Shown piece after piece: positions 47,518-56,708 of a DNA stretch of 64,000 nucleotides. Location: NCBI GenBank assembly GCA_963719085.1, contig CAVRAL010000001.1:896001-960000 (forward strand), written 5' to 3'. A program made the position numbers and the translations under genes. The notes under the pieces were generated by a model. It was not told the origin of the DNA. It saw only the letters and a list, made by a program, of their open reading frames with translations, and made no database searches. Every line of letters starts with the position of its first letter. The stretch's first letter is position 1. This stretch comes from a candidate division FCPU426 bacterium (lineage in GTDB: Bacteria; Oederibacteriota; Muellerivitia; Muellerivitales; Muellerivitaceae).

Positions 47518-50500
47518 TTAAAACCGGGCCTCCCCGCTGACGGTGGCCTCGACTAAGTCGTATCCCAATGTGGGCGCGTAGTAATTGTTCAAATGCTCGT
47601 AGGTAAAACCAATCCCCACCCGAAGGTTCTTCAACGCGTTGTAATTAAGGGACAGTGTACCATTGTACCTTTGGGTCACAAGCTGGTTATAGCTGTAGGA
47701 CGATTGATTGTTGATCAGCTCCGCCAAAAGCACGAGCCGGGCTTCCAAGGGATTTTCCAACTTGATCTTCCAATGGGTGAAGGGGACGTGGATGGTCTGG
47801 TTGTCCAGGAATTTTTGGTTGTACTCGATCGAATACTGGTCATCCTGCATCGAGGTATAAACGCCCTGGGAAGTTTGATCCCCCCGGGTGTATTGAATGC
47901 GGATATTGCCCTGGGCCCCCTTATCGATGTCATAAGGCAGGACGAGGGAGATCACGTCGCTGTTGGAGAGCAAAAACGGGTTGTTGTTGCTGTCATATTG
48001 ATAGTTTTGGGTGCGGGTGAATTGGACTTGGGCGGAGTTGATGTTGAGATTGATCAAGGGCAAGGTGAACAGCTTTTTGCTCCAAACCGTGGTGAAGCCG
48101 AAGGTATTGATATCCTGCGTGGTGGGATTGGTCCCCAAGGCCACTACGGACAAGGTCTCGCCCCAGGACCCCGTGGGACGCATATCCCACCCATCCAAAA
48201 TATTGAAACTGGCGTTCAAGCGGTCGGTGATGGTCTCGCTCCCCAAGTAATCCTGCGTCACGGGCCGCGACACCAGCCAAGTTTGGTCAAAATCCAAGGG
48301 CTGGCTCGCTTGGAAACTATTCGGGTTGATCGATTGAATGGTGGCGTTGGAACTTTCGGTGCGGCCCGCGTCCACGGACAGGTTGGTTTTTTGCAGGAAA
48401 GGAAGCCAGCTGGCCGGCGTGAAGCTGAGCAGGTAATTGATGCTGTTGGCGTTGGTGAATTGGGGCTGGGGAAAAGAAACATAGTCATATTGGACGCTGC
48501 CCGTGTAATTCACCGAGGGGATCAGGCCCGGAATGCCGCGGTAAACCACACCGGCCGTCGGTTGATAGCGGTTCTGGAAAGGCGTGTAATTTTGATAGAA
48601 CATCGTGGTCGGCATTCCCGGCGTATTGGTGTTGCCCACCGCGTCGACCAGGGTGAGGGTATAGCCGGGGGAAATCACCAGGTTCTTAATCAACTCGGTG
48701 GTGTTGGTCCAGCCATAAACCTGGTTGCGCGTGGTCCGGTCGTAATTATAAAGGTCCGGGAAAGTGACCCCTTCCGCGATATTAAAATCCTGGCTGTCAT
48801 GGGTGATCGAAAAAGTCTCGGTGAATTGATTCGTACCGATGGGAATGGAAAATATCTGATTCGGGGCGTCGTAAGTGGAGGCCAAGGCCACGATCTGCTC
48901 GGCTTTGTTGGTATTGCCCTGCACTCCAGGCTGACTCAAATAAACATCCTCGTACCGGTCTTTTTCCTCGTTGGTGCTTTCGGAAATACGCACCGAAGTG
49001 AACCGGCCAAAGCTCGGCCCCAAATCCTTCGTATAGCCGATGCTTCCCGTGGTGCTGTCCACATAGCTGTTGGGCAAAAGCTCGAAATTGGGATTGGACG
49101 TGTCCGCCGCCTCCGTGTAAGTGTCCTGATGGGTGTAAGAAAACTGGGTGACCAGCGGCTGGGAGAAAAGACTGACAGCGTTGGAGGAATAATCCGCGCC
49201 CAATTGAGTGGAATGCTGGAACCGGGTCGCCTGTTGATCCAACTGGGTGAATCCCGAGTCCACTTCCCGGTAGCGGGCGTTGATCGTGGCGAAATTGTCC
49301 CCCACCAGCAAGGTCGCGTTGGCGCGGCGGGCCACGCCCGCGCGGCTGATGGGATTGGTGGTGCGCAGGTTGTTGATCCACAGCTCGTTGGTCGTCGCCG
49401 TCGGGGCGTTGGGCGACAGAACCCCGAAGGAGATCTGGCTGACCCGGTTGATGAACGGTGTTCCAAAAGTGCTTCGATTACCGTCCGAACCGTCCAGGTC
49501 GATGATCACGGATTTCCAAAGGAGATTCTGATAAGCCGTGGTCAAGGGGATATTGTATTGATAGTAATCCTGCTGGTCGTTCCCCAAGCGCACGAAAAGC
49601 ACATCCCCCGGGCTAAAGGAAACCGCCTCCAGGTCAAATCGCATTTGGCTGTAAATGGTGAAATCCAGGGTTTGGCTGAAAGTGCGGGTGGCATAATAAA
49701 TTGGGCGTCCATTGATGTTGCCGGGAGGATCGAAATCCGTCGAGGATAAGTTGTAATTGATTTGAAGGGCGCTTTCCTTGGCCGTGATGGAGCTTTGATC
49801 TTCCCCTTGGGTGAGGGTCACAAACCGCAGGGTCGGGTTGTAGCTGGAATTGATCGGCTGGTTGACCGTGGTGACGTCGAATTTCGACGTGTTCACCGTC
49901 ACCCCCTGGTCCACATTGGCCGTCGGGTCTACTTGCAATTGCCAAAGATTATGTGTAAAGGCCATGCTTTCTAAAAGAAAGTAACCATCTTGGGCCGCCG
50001 CCGAATTTCCAGTGGTCCACAACCGCACCGAACGTACCACTTGGGAATTAGGCACTCCTACCGAATGGAAGAAATAATTGACGCCCGCATCCGTGGTGTT
50101 GGTGCTGTCGGGCGGCGGCGCTGTATTGGCCGGGAGATTTACTGGAATTTTCACTTCTTTCCAACCGTTCCAGTTCGCGTGAATCCCATACTCAAAATAA
50201 GCGTCCGCGCCGTCCAAGGTGTTGTCACTGTTCTGGTCTTCGGTGATAAAAACGTCAGTACCCACACCTTCCTGTGTAGAAGTGGTCTCAGTGGAAATTC
50301 CCGTAATGGCCTGCAAGATTCCCGGGCCTGCCAATGGATTCGTGAAATAAAAACTGGGAATGCCATAAGCGGGGTTGGGATGCGCCTGATTCGGGATAGT
50401 AACCCCATTAGCGTCAACCGTCGTATCCTGGTCCAATATCCCATTGCCATTGGTGTCCTCGGCAAAAGAACCAAAATCCGCCATGATCCACTTGTCCTGG

Positions 50501-53364
50501 CCGTCGTTGTAAATCCAAGACTCAAAAAAGACCGTGTTTGAAAGATCAGTTCCCAAGGTCGATAAGGTTTGCTTTAACCCCGCCCAGCGCTGGTTGGTTA
50601 AGTTTGAATAGGGAAACTCAAGTACACTCACGATGTCGGTCCCGACTTTAGTGGTCGCGTAAATATGTCCGCCGGCCCCAGGAACCGTAACTCCTGGAGG
50701 CGACGTCGTGCCATTTGTCATCTCTTGCTCCGAAATGGTTTGGAATTGGAAGCCGTTGTTATAATTAAAGAACCGGGCCCGGTTATTGGTCGAGGCATTT
50801 GAGCTTCCATCGTAAGTGGTCGGACCCAAAAACGCCGGAACCGATTCGGGAGGCGGCGAAACCAGCCAGGAAGTGGCGTTCACCGAAAGGTTGGTCGCGC
50901 TGTCGATTCCATCCATGTTGTCGATCATGGCCACGCCGGTCTCGCCTTCGGTGTCGAAAGTATTGGGATCGTAAAAGCTCTTGGCTACTTCCCCGGACAA
51001 CTGCAGGCTCAGGGGCGGGGTCCAGTTTTCCAAGCCCGGGATGAGGCTGGTCAAGGCCTTCACCGAATTGCGGTCCACGTCGAAGCGGGCGTCGGCGTCA
51101 ATGATGGCCAGGTCATTGGGCTCACTGCCGATTTGGGGGACATCGGTAGGCTGTTGGGTGCCGCTATAGAGGAAGGTCGACCCCAGGAAAAAATGGTCGG
51201 TCACGTCATATTCGGCCCGGGTGCCGAGAATATTTTCCTGCGCGAAGGCGCCGAAGGGTGAGTACTCATAAGTGACTACGACCTGGCTGTCCGGCAGGAG
51301 GATGTTCTTGTTCACGAAGTCGAGGTTTCCCGAGGTGTAATCGAAAGAATAATCCGTATCCCGGTGCAAAAGCCGGCCGTCCAAGTAAACCGTTTCGCTC
51401 CCGAGCAGGATGTTGAAACGGCCCATGTTGAAGAAATTCTGCCGGGTGTCATAGACCAATTGCATGCGGTAAAGGCTGGTCGGGACCGTGGTTTGGCTGT
51501 AAACGTCGTTGGGCCCCGTGCCGTTGGTATTGTCCGGCGGAGGATTGGCGAAAGGCCTCTCGGGGAAGGACGCGTTCTGGGTGTCGGTCACGACGAGCAG
51601 GTTCAAATCGGTGTTCACATTGACGCTCCAACGGGCCCCCACCGCCGTGCCGGTCTGGACCACGCTGTTTGTTCCCTGGTTGATGATTTGGAACGAGAAA
51701 TTGGGATCCTGGTTGGGCGGCACGATGGGAACGGTGCCCAAGCTGAAATAATTCAACAAGTAAAGCGCGCTGACATCGGCCGGATTGGAATTGTCTTTGA
51801 TCAAATGGGGCTGATTGGGTCCCGGCTTCATCATCCCGCCCGGAGGCACGGTAAGGTTCGGGTTGTTGATGGGCTGGTTCAAGTCCAGGATATTGCCGTT
51901 GACGTCTTCCCCGACCCTTTGCCCATCCTGCTGGACGAAAGCCACCGCGATGCGGGAGCTGATGTTCACCGGCGTGATGAAGGTCACGATGCCCGTGGTG
52001 TAATCAATGGTGTAATCCCGGCCCGGTAAAAATTTTTGGAAGGGACCGATATAATTCGCGCTCTGGGGCGGTAATTGGCCCGTGCCCGGATCGACCCAAA
52101 TCTGTTCCGTGCCGTTTTGCGGCAGGTCCACGTTCACCACTTGGCCGTTCAGGGTTTGATTATTCACCGACTTCGTCATCATGAAATATTTATAAGGGAT
52201 AAATTGAATGTCGTTGAGGGTCAGGTTGACCTGCACCTGGTTGCCCTTGAAAACCTTGGTCTCCGAGAGCCCCTTGGTTTGGGCGAAAAAGGAAGTCACC
52301 CGCAAGTCATCGAATTTCAGTTTGGACTGGATGCCGAAAAGCTGCTTATTGAACCCGGCGAACTCCGTGTTGGGAAGCACCAGATTGAGGTCGCCGAAAG
52401 ACACTTCCTGTACCGGGCTGTTCTCGTCCCCGTGATACACGATTGAGATTTGCTGCTGGGTCTGGTCCAATCCCCCGGTCCGGTTGACGTCGCTGTAATC
52501 CACGTGCACATCCACGTTTTGCCCCACCTTGCCGTCCAAGTTCACGACCAATTCCTGGTTCACATTGGTGGAATTGGAATTGGCCGAGAGCCCGTTCAGG
52601 CCGTCCGGGCGGTCGAAATGCTGGAAAGTAAAATCAGCCTCGATCTGCTTATAGCCCTGGATCGACAATTGGCTGTCGGCGGGAAGCTGGAATTTGAAGA
52701 GATTCTGGTCGGGAATCTTCAACTCGGTTTCTTCCGCCGGGGTGGGGGTCGGCGTGGGCGTTTCCAGAACCCCCGGGGGCGCAGGAATGTCCAACCCCTG
52801 GGGCGTCACGGCCAACTCGTCCGAAAAGGCGCTCACATTTCCCTGGGCGTCGATGGAGGCCACGACGTAAAAATAATCATCCCCGTTCTCGGGCGCGGGC
52901 AAGTTCGTGCCCGCCCCGTCGAGAAAATAAGGCGCGTTCAGCGGCTTGGGATTGAGCAATCGATAACCAAACCCCGGCATGCGGGAGCGGTAAACCTCGT
53001 AACCCACCACCGGGCCTTGGGCCGGGGCGGCGTTCCAAGAAAGATAAACCCCCTCTTTCAAAAGTAAGTTCGCGAGCCCGGTGGGCGGCGGCACCGACGA
53101 CGCGGCAGCCGTGGCGGCCGCGCCGGTCACGCTGGCCGGGCCCGCGGTCGCGACCGGTACTTGAAGCACTTGCTTTTCCTGGGTGGTCGCGGTGGGAACC
53201 GCGTAATCGTTATTAGCTGTTTGCGAAAAAACCGCCGGGGGCAAAAACAACAAACCGCCCGCCAAGACAAGCCATAGCGCGGCCCCCGAACCTCCGCGCG
53301 GAAAGCCGGAAGCCGTCGGACCCGGCAAAAACCCTAGGATGAGCGTTAACTTCTTTTTCAGCAT
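47518..53364 (-). CDS. sprA: SprA/Sov-like giant outer-membrane protein (T9SS translocon homolog) with N-terminal FN3-like domain
   Basis: Q.L.VNLDGKVG..V.V.VDY, FGD..L.LP.TEF.G..KQLFGI..KL.F..L.VT.FFAQ.KG, GSETV.LDGR.L.R..DY..DY..G, GTRAEY, LSGEVAKS, IDNMDG, TEDQNSDNTLD blocks; C-terminal Phe. Confidence 0.8.
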   Translation of the reverse strand: MLKKKLTLILGFLPGPTASGFPRGGSGAALWLVLAGGLLFLPPAVFSQTANNDYAVPTATTQEKQVLQVPVATAGPASVTGAAATAAASSVPPPTGLANLLLKEGVYLSWNAAPAQGPVVGYEVYRSRMPGFGYRLLNPKPLNAPYFLDGAGTNLPAPENGDDYFYVVASIDAQGNVSAFSDELAVTPQGLDIPAPPGVLETPTPTPTPAEETELKIPDQNLFKFQLPADSQLSIQGYKQIEADFTFQHFDRPDGLNGLSANSNSTNVNQELVVNLDGKVGQNVDVHVDYSDVNRTGGLDQTQQQISIVYHGDENSPVQEVSFGDLNLVLPNTEFAGFNKQLFGIQSKLKFDDLRVTSFFAQTKGLSETKVFKGNQVQVNLTLNDIQFIPYKYFMMTKSVNNQTLNGQVVNVDLPQNGTEQIWVDPGTGQLPPQSANYIGPFQKFLPGRDYTIDYTTGIVTFITPVNISSRIAVAFVQQDGQRVGEDVNGNILDLNQPINNPNLTVPPGGMMKPGPNQPHLIKDNSNPADVSALYLLNYFSLGTVPIVPPNQDPNFSFQIINQGTNSVVQTGTAVGARWSVNVNTDLNLLVVTDTQNASFPERPFANPPPDNTNGTGPNDVYSQTTVPTSLYRMQLVYDTRQNFFNMGRFNILLGSETVYLDGRLLHRDTDYSFDYTSGNLDFVNKNILLPDSQVVVTYEYSPFGAFAQENILGTRAEYDVTDHFFLGSTFLYSGTQQPTDVPQIGSEPNDLAIIDADARFDVDRNSVKALTSLIPGLENWTPPLSLQLSGEVAKSFYDPNTFDTEGETGVAMIDNMDGIDSATNLSVNATSWLVSPPPESVPAFLGPTTYDGSSNASTNNRARFFNYNNGFQFQTISEQEMTNGTTSPPGVTVPGAGGHIYATTKVGTDIVSVLEFPYSNLTNQRWAGLKQTLSTLGTDLSNTVFFESWIYNDGQDKWIMADFGSFAEDTNGNGILDQDTTVDANGVTIPNQAHPNPAYGIPSFYFTNPLAGPGILQAITGISTETTSTQEGVGTDVFITEDQNSDNTLDGADAYFEYGIHANWNGWKEVKIPVNLPANTAPPPDSTNTTDAGVNYFFHSVGVPNSQVVRSVRLWTTGNSAAAQDGYFLLESMAFTHNLWQLQVDPTANVDQGVTVNTSKFDVTTVNQPINSSYNPTLRFVTLTQGEDQSSITAKESALQINYNLSSTDFDPPGNINGRPIYYATRTFSQTLDFTIYSQMRFDLEAVSFSPGDVLFVRLGNDQQDYYQYNIPLTTAYQNLLWKSVIIDLDGSDGNRSTFGTPFINRVSQISFGVLSPNAPTATTNELWINNLRTTNPISRAGVARRANATLLVGDNFATINARYREVDSGFTQLDQQATRFQHSTQLGADYSSNAVSLFSQPLVTQFSYTHQDTYTEAADTSNPNFELLPNSYVDSTTGSIGYTKDLGPSFGRFTSVRISESTNEEKDRYEDVYLSQPGVQGNTNKAEQIVALASTYDAPNQIFSIPIGTNQFTETFSITHDSQDFNIAEGVTFPDLYNYDRTTRNQVYGWTNTTELIKNLVISPGYTLTLVDAVGNTNTPGMPTTMFYQNYTPFQNRYQPTAGVVYRGIPGLIPSVNYTGSVQYDYVSFPQPQFTNANSINYLLSFTPASWLPFLQKTNLSVDAGRTESSNATIQSINPNSFQASQPLDFDQTWLVSRPVTQDYLGSETITDRLNASFNILDGWDMRPTGSWGETLSVVALGTNPTTQDINTFGFTTVWSKKLFTLPLINLNINSAQVQFTRTQNYQYDSNNNPFLLSNSDVISLVLPYDIDKGAQGNIRIQYTRGDQTSQGVYTSMQDDQYSIEYNQKFLDNQTIHVPFTHWKIKLENPLEARLVLLAELINNQSSYSYNQLVTQRYNGTLSLNYNALKNLRVGIGFTYEHLNNYYAPTLGYDLVEATVSGEARF

Positions 53365-53395
53365 ATGGAAAACCGAGCCTCTTTTTCGAACGTCC

Positions 53396-54145
53396 TCAAT
53401 CCAGCCCCAACTTTTCCCTCAGATCGTCCAGCCGCTCCCGGCTGATCGGAAGCCGGGTTTTCGCGGCGTCGGACAAAACCGCCAAATACTTCCGGTCCCC
53501 CTCGTGTTCCAGTTCCTTGAGATAATCCAAATTAATCAGCGCGCTGCGGTGGACGCGAAGAAACTTCCGGGGATCCAGCCGCTTGGAAAGCGTGTCCAGG
53601 CTGTCGTCGACTAAAAGTTCCTGGCCTTCCACCAGAATCACCACGTAATGGTCGCGGGCCACCACCGCCGAAATGAGCGCGGGATCAAAAACCCGGTACT
53701 TGGCGCCGCACTTGACGGCCATCCGGCGCTTGGCTTGTCCCTCCTCCATTTTTTCGTAAAAACGCGCCATCTCCTCGAAGGCCGCGGGACGCCGGCGCTT
53801 GCGGATTTTTTCCACGGTCTCCGCCAGCCTTTCGGGGGCCACGGGCTTGACCAGATAATCGGCCGCGGACAGCTCAAAGGCTTTCAAAGCGTGCTCGCTG
53901 TAAGCCGTGACGAAAACCACGCTGGGGCCCTCGCCGGCCCAGGCCTGGGCCGTTTCCAACCCATTCAGTTCGGGCATCTCAATGTCCAAAAAAACCAAAT
54001 CCGGTTTTAAATCCTGGGTCGCCTGCAGCGCCTCCAAACCATTGGAGGCCTCCCCCACCACTTGGAGGTCGGAAAACCCGGAAATCATCCGGGCCAACCG
54101 GGATCTGGCCGGCGCCTCGTCATCCACAATCAGTACCCGGATCAT
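53396..54145 (-). CDS. LytTR family response regulator
   Basis: VDDEAPAR, LDIEMP, TAY.EHALKAFE, FLRVHRS, PISRE. Confidence 0.96.
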   Translation of the reverse strand: MIRVLIVDDEAPARSRLARMISGFSDLQVVGEASNGLEALQATQDLKPDLVFLDIEMPELNGLETAQAWAGEGPSVVFVTAYSEHALKAFELSAADYLVKPVAPERLAETVEKIRKRRRPAAFEEMARFYEKMEEGQAKRRMAVKCGAKYRVFDPALISAVVARDHYVVILVEGQELLVDDSLDTLSKRLDPRKFLRVHRSALINLDYLKELEHEGDRKYLAVLSDAAKTRLPISRERLDDLREKLGLD

Positions 54146-55290
54146 ATCGCCTCTTTTTTCAAATCCGGGATGAGCCCCGGAAAATGCACCACCATCCGCG
54201 TCCCGTGGGGGGACCGGGGAAGAACCTCGATCGTGCCGACCTGGGAGTAGCTCAACTCCAAACGTTTGCGGCAGTTTTCAAGCGCCGTCCCCGAACCCCG
54301 GTAGGAGGAGTTTCCAAAACCCACGCCGTCATCCTCCACCCACACTTTGAGGCCCAAGCCTTCCCGCTCCCAACCCACCCACAAACTTCCGCCCTGGGCC
54401 CTCGACGAAAGCCCATGCTTGACCGCGTTCTCCACTAAGGGCTGTAAAATAAGCACCGGCACCTGGATCGTTTCTTTTTCCCGCTCATCCCCCTTTTGGA
54501 TCGCGACTTTAAGGCGGGATCCGAATCGGGCCTGCTCGATTTCCAAGTAATCCCGGCAGAAATCAAGCTCTTGGGCCAAGGAGTGGACGCTTTTACGGCT
54601 GGCCGCTAAAACCGCTTGGAAAAGTCCCGAAAGTTTAACGACCACCCTTTCGGCCTGGGCGGGATCGGCCGGGATCAAGGCCGCCACCGTGTTCAAGGTA
54701 TTAAATAGGAAATGCGGGTTCATCTGGTCCTTCAACTTGGTCAAAAGGGCCTGGAGCCTTTCCTTTTCCATTTCCTCGGTTTTCAACTGCCCTGCGGCCA
54801 CCGCGTCCCGCAAGTCCTGCCAGGAGATAAAAAAGAAACAAATGAGCAGCAACAGCCAACCGCCGAATATTTCTTTGCCGTAGTAAAACCATTGAAAGCG
54901 GGGCTCGATAGCGGGCCCGATATAAATCCAATTAATCAAGGACACCATCAAGTGAAGGGCCAGAATGAGGCCCGGGGGAATCAAAAAAGCCAGGAACAAC
55001 AGGTACCAACCCATCCCGTGCCGCGGCCGGTCGCGGCCCGACCAGGAAATCCAACCCCGCTCCATTTCCAAATAAAGCCGGATCGCTCCCATGCCGAACA
55101 AACAAACCAGCGTGGCCTCAAGAAAATCCCATCCCCACCGGAAAAAGATGGAATCAATGGATTTTTCCCCGGAAAAGAAGCTGACTCCCAGCGTCCAGAG
55201 GGGATTCACGATGAGCAAAAGCTTCAGGAAAGAACGGCCATAATCCCGCGCGAAGTCCAGTGAAAGAAATTTTTTCCATCCTTGGGGCAT
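54142..55290 (-). CDS. LytS/YehU-type sensor histidine kinase
   Basis: Four TMs, QMNPHFLFNTLN, YLEIEQARF, LQPLVENAVKHG, DDGVG. Start likely ATG 55290 (AAAGGA SD). Confidence 0.94.
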   Translation of the reverse strand: MPQGWKKFLSLDFARDYGRSFLKLLLIVNPLWTLGVSFFSGEKSIDSIFFRWGWDFLEATLVCLFGMGAIRLYLEMERGWISWSGRDRPRHGMGWYLLFLAFLIPPGLILALHLMVSLINWIYIGPAIEPRFQWFYYGKEIFGGWLLLLICFFFISWQDLRDAVAAGQLKTEEMEKERLQALLTKLKDQMNPHFLFNTLNTVAALIPADPAQAERVVVKLSGLFQAVLAASRKSVHSLAQELDFCRDYLEIEQARFGSRLKVAIQKGDEREKETIQVPVLILQPLVENAVKHGLSSRAQGGSLWVGWEREGLGLKVWVEDDGVGFGNSSYRGSGTALENCRKRLELSYSQVGTIEVLPRSPHGTRMVVHFPGLIPDLKKEAI

Positions 55291-55456
55291 GCCCCATCCT
55301 TTCTTGTCAACCCGGCGGACCGTCCGCGAATCGCCCCAAATCATAGCAATATTCCCCAAAAGACGATGACTCATTTTCGCCCGCCCCCGGCCCATTTATT
55401 CAAACGCCCCTTACTAAATATCCCACAAAAAAAGGAGCTTTAAAAAAGAAACCCCG

Positions 55457-55536
55457 AACCGCCGGAAAACCCGCCCCAACCGCCGGAACACGGCGTTTGG
55501 AACCGCCCCCCTCCGGCCCTTGGGCTGTGTTATACT
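55457..55536 (+). promoter_or_regulatory. Direct repeats AACCGCCGGAA (candidate LytTR boxes) plus extended -10 for lptFG
   Basis: Copies at 55457 and 55478, partial copy at 55501; TGtTATACT at 55528-55536 with no recognisable -35. Confidence 0.55.
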
Positions 55537-55565
55537 CGGGCCCGAAATTATCCAAGGAAACCTCA

Positions 55566-56708
55566 TTGAAAATCGCCCAACGCTATATTCTTTGGGAAAT
55601 CGCGCCCTCATTCCTGATCAGCGTTTCCGCCCTCACCTTCATCTTCATCCTCAACAAGGTTTTCGTGCTTTTGGATCTGGTCATTAATAAAAAAGTCCCC
55701 TTGGGGGACACCTTGGTGCTTTATTTCAGCCTCATTCCCTTCGTGCTTTCTTTAACCGTTCCCATGGCCATGATGATCGCCACACTGATGGCCTACGGCC
55801 GCTTGAGCTCGGACATGGAAATCACGGCCTTCAAAAGCGGCGGAGTCCATTTGTTCCAGCTGATTTATCCCGTGCTTCTTTTCTCGGTGGTCATGACCGC
55901 CGGCATGCTTTATTTCAACGCCTTCATACTCCCCACCGCCAATTTCGCCTTCAAAAAAACCCATTTTAAAATCCTGGAAAACCAGGCCAACGTGGCCGTC
56001 CAGGAAAAAACTTTCATCAATCTTTTCGACGGCTATCAGTTTTATATCGACCAACTCGATCCCAGCGGGCTCTTCAAGGACGTCAAGGTTTTCAACCGGG
56101 TTTCTTCCACGGCCCCCTTGCAGACCACAGTGGCCCAAAGCGGCTGGCTGGACACCAATCAAAAAACCTTCCAACTTTTTTTCCACCTCAACCAAGGCGT
56201 CATTATGTGGGACAACATCAATTACCATAGTTACGACCGCCTCTACTTCGATAAATATCTCATCCATTTGAACATGGAAAATCAGCTGGCCCATTTATCC
56301 GACGTTAAAAAAGACTATGAGGAAATGAACTTGGGCGAGTTGTCCGATGAGATCGCCACCTCCAATGATCCCAACCGGATCCTTTACCTGAAAGCCGAAT
56401 ACCAAAAAAGGCTGGCCTTGCCCTTCGCCTGCCTGGCCCTGACTTGGTTTTGCGCCCCCCTGGGACTCTGGACCCGATCCAAGGGTTTCATGGCCTTTGT
56501 GATCGGCATCTCCATGATCTTTATTTATTACTTACTTTTGGTTTTGGGGCAGGTTTTAAGCCAAAGGGGCGAGCTCAACCCGATCGTGGGGTTGTGGGGG
56601 GCCAACGCGACCCTGGCGTCCATTGGATTTATCCTCTACTATCTGGTCGCTTTCGAGAACCAGGCTTTCCGGTGGCCGATCTCTCATCGTAAAAGAAGGG
56701 CCTCGTGA
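55566..56708 (+). CDS. lptF: LPS export ABC transporter permease LptF
   Basis: RYILWEI, YGRLSSDMEITAFKSGG, KRLALPFAC; TTG start at 55566 after AAGGA. Confidence 0.9.
   Translation: MKIAQRYILWEIAPSFLISVSALTFIFILNKVFVLLDLVINKKVPLGDTLVLYFSLIPFVLSLTVPMAMMIATLMAYGRLSSDMEITAFKSGGVHLFQLIYPVLLFSVVMTAGMLYFNAFILPTANFAFKKTHFKILENQANVAVQEKTFINLFDGYQFYIDQLDPSGLFKDVKVFNRVSSTAPLQTTVAQSGWLDTNQKTFQLFFHLNQGVIMWDNINYHSYDRLYFDKYLIHLNMENQLAHLSDVKKDYEEMNLGELSDEIATSNDPNRILYLKAEYQKRLALPFACLALTWFCAPLGLWTRSKGFMAFVIGISMIFIYYLLLVLGQVLSQRGELNPIVGLWGANATLASIGFILYYLVAFENQAFRWPISHRKRRAS

Noticed and set aside
46000..49749. Long plus-strand ORFs (498 aa and 718 aa) opposite the FN3 and sprA genes
   Set aside because: Antisense shadows of well-supported minus-strand genes; the same applies to ORFs opposite gap, pgk, uvrB and the GH genes
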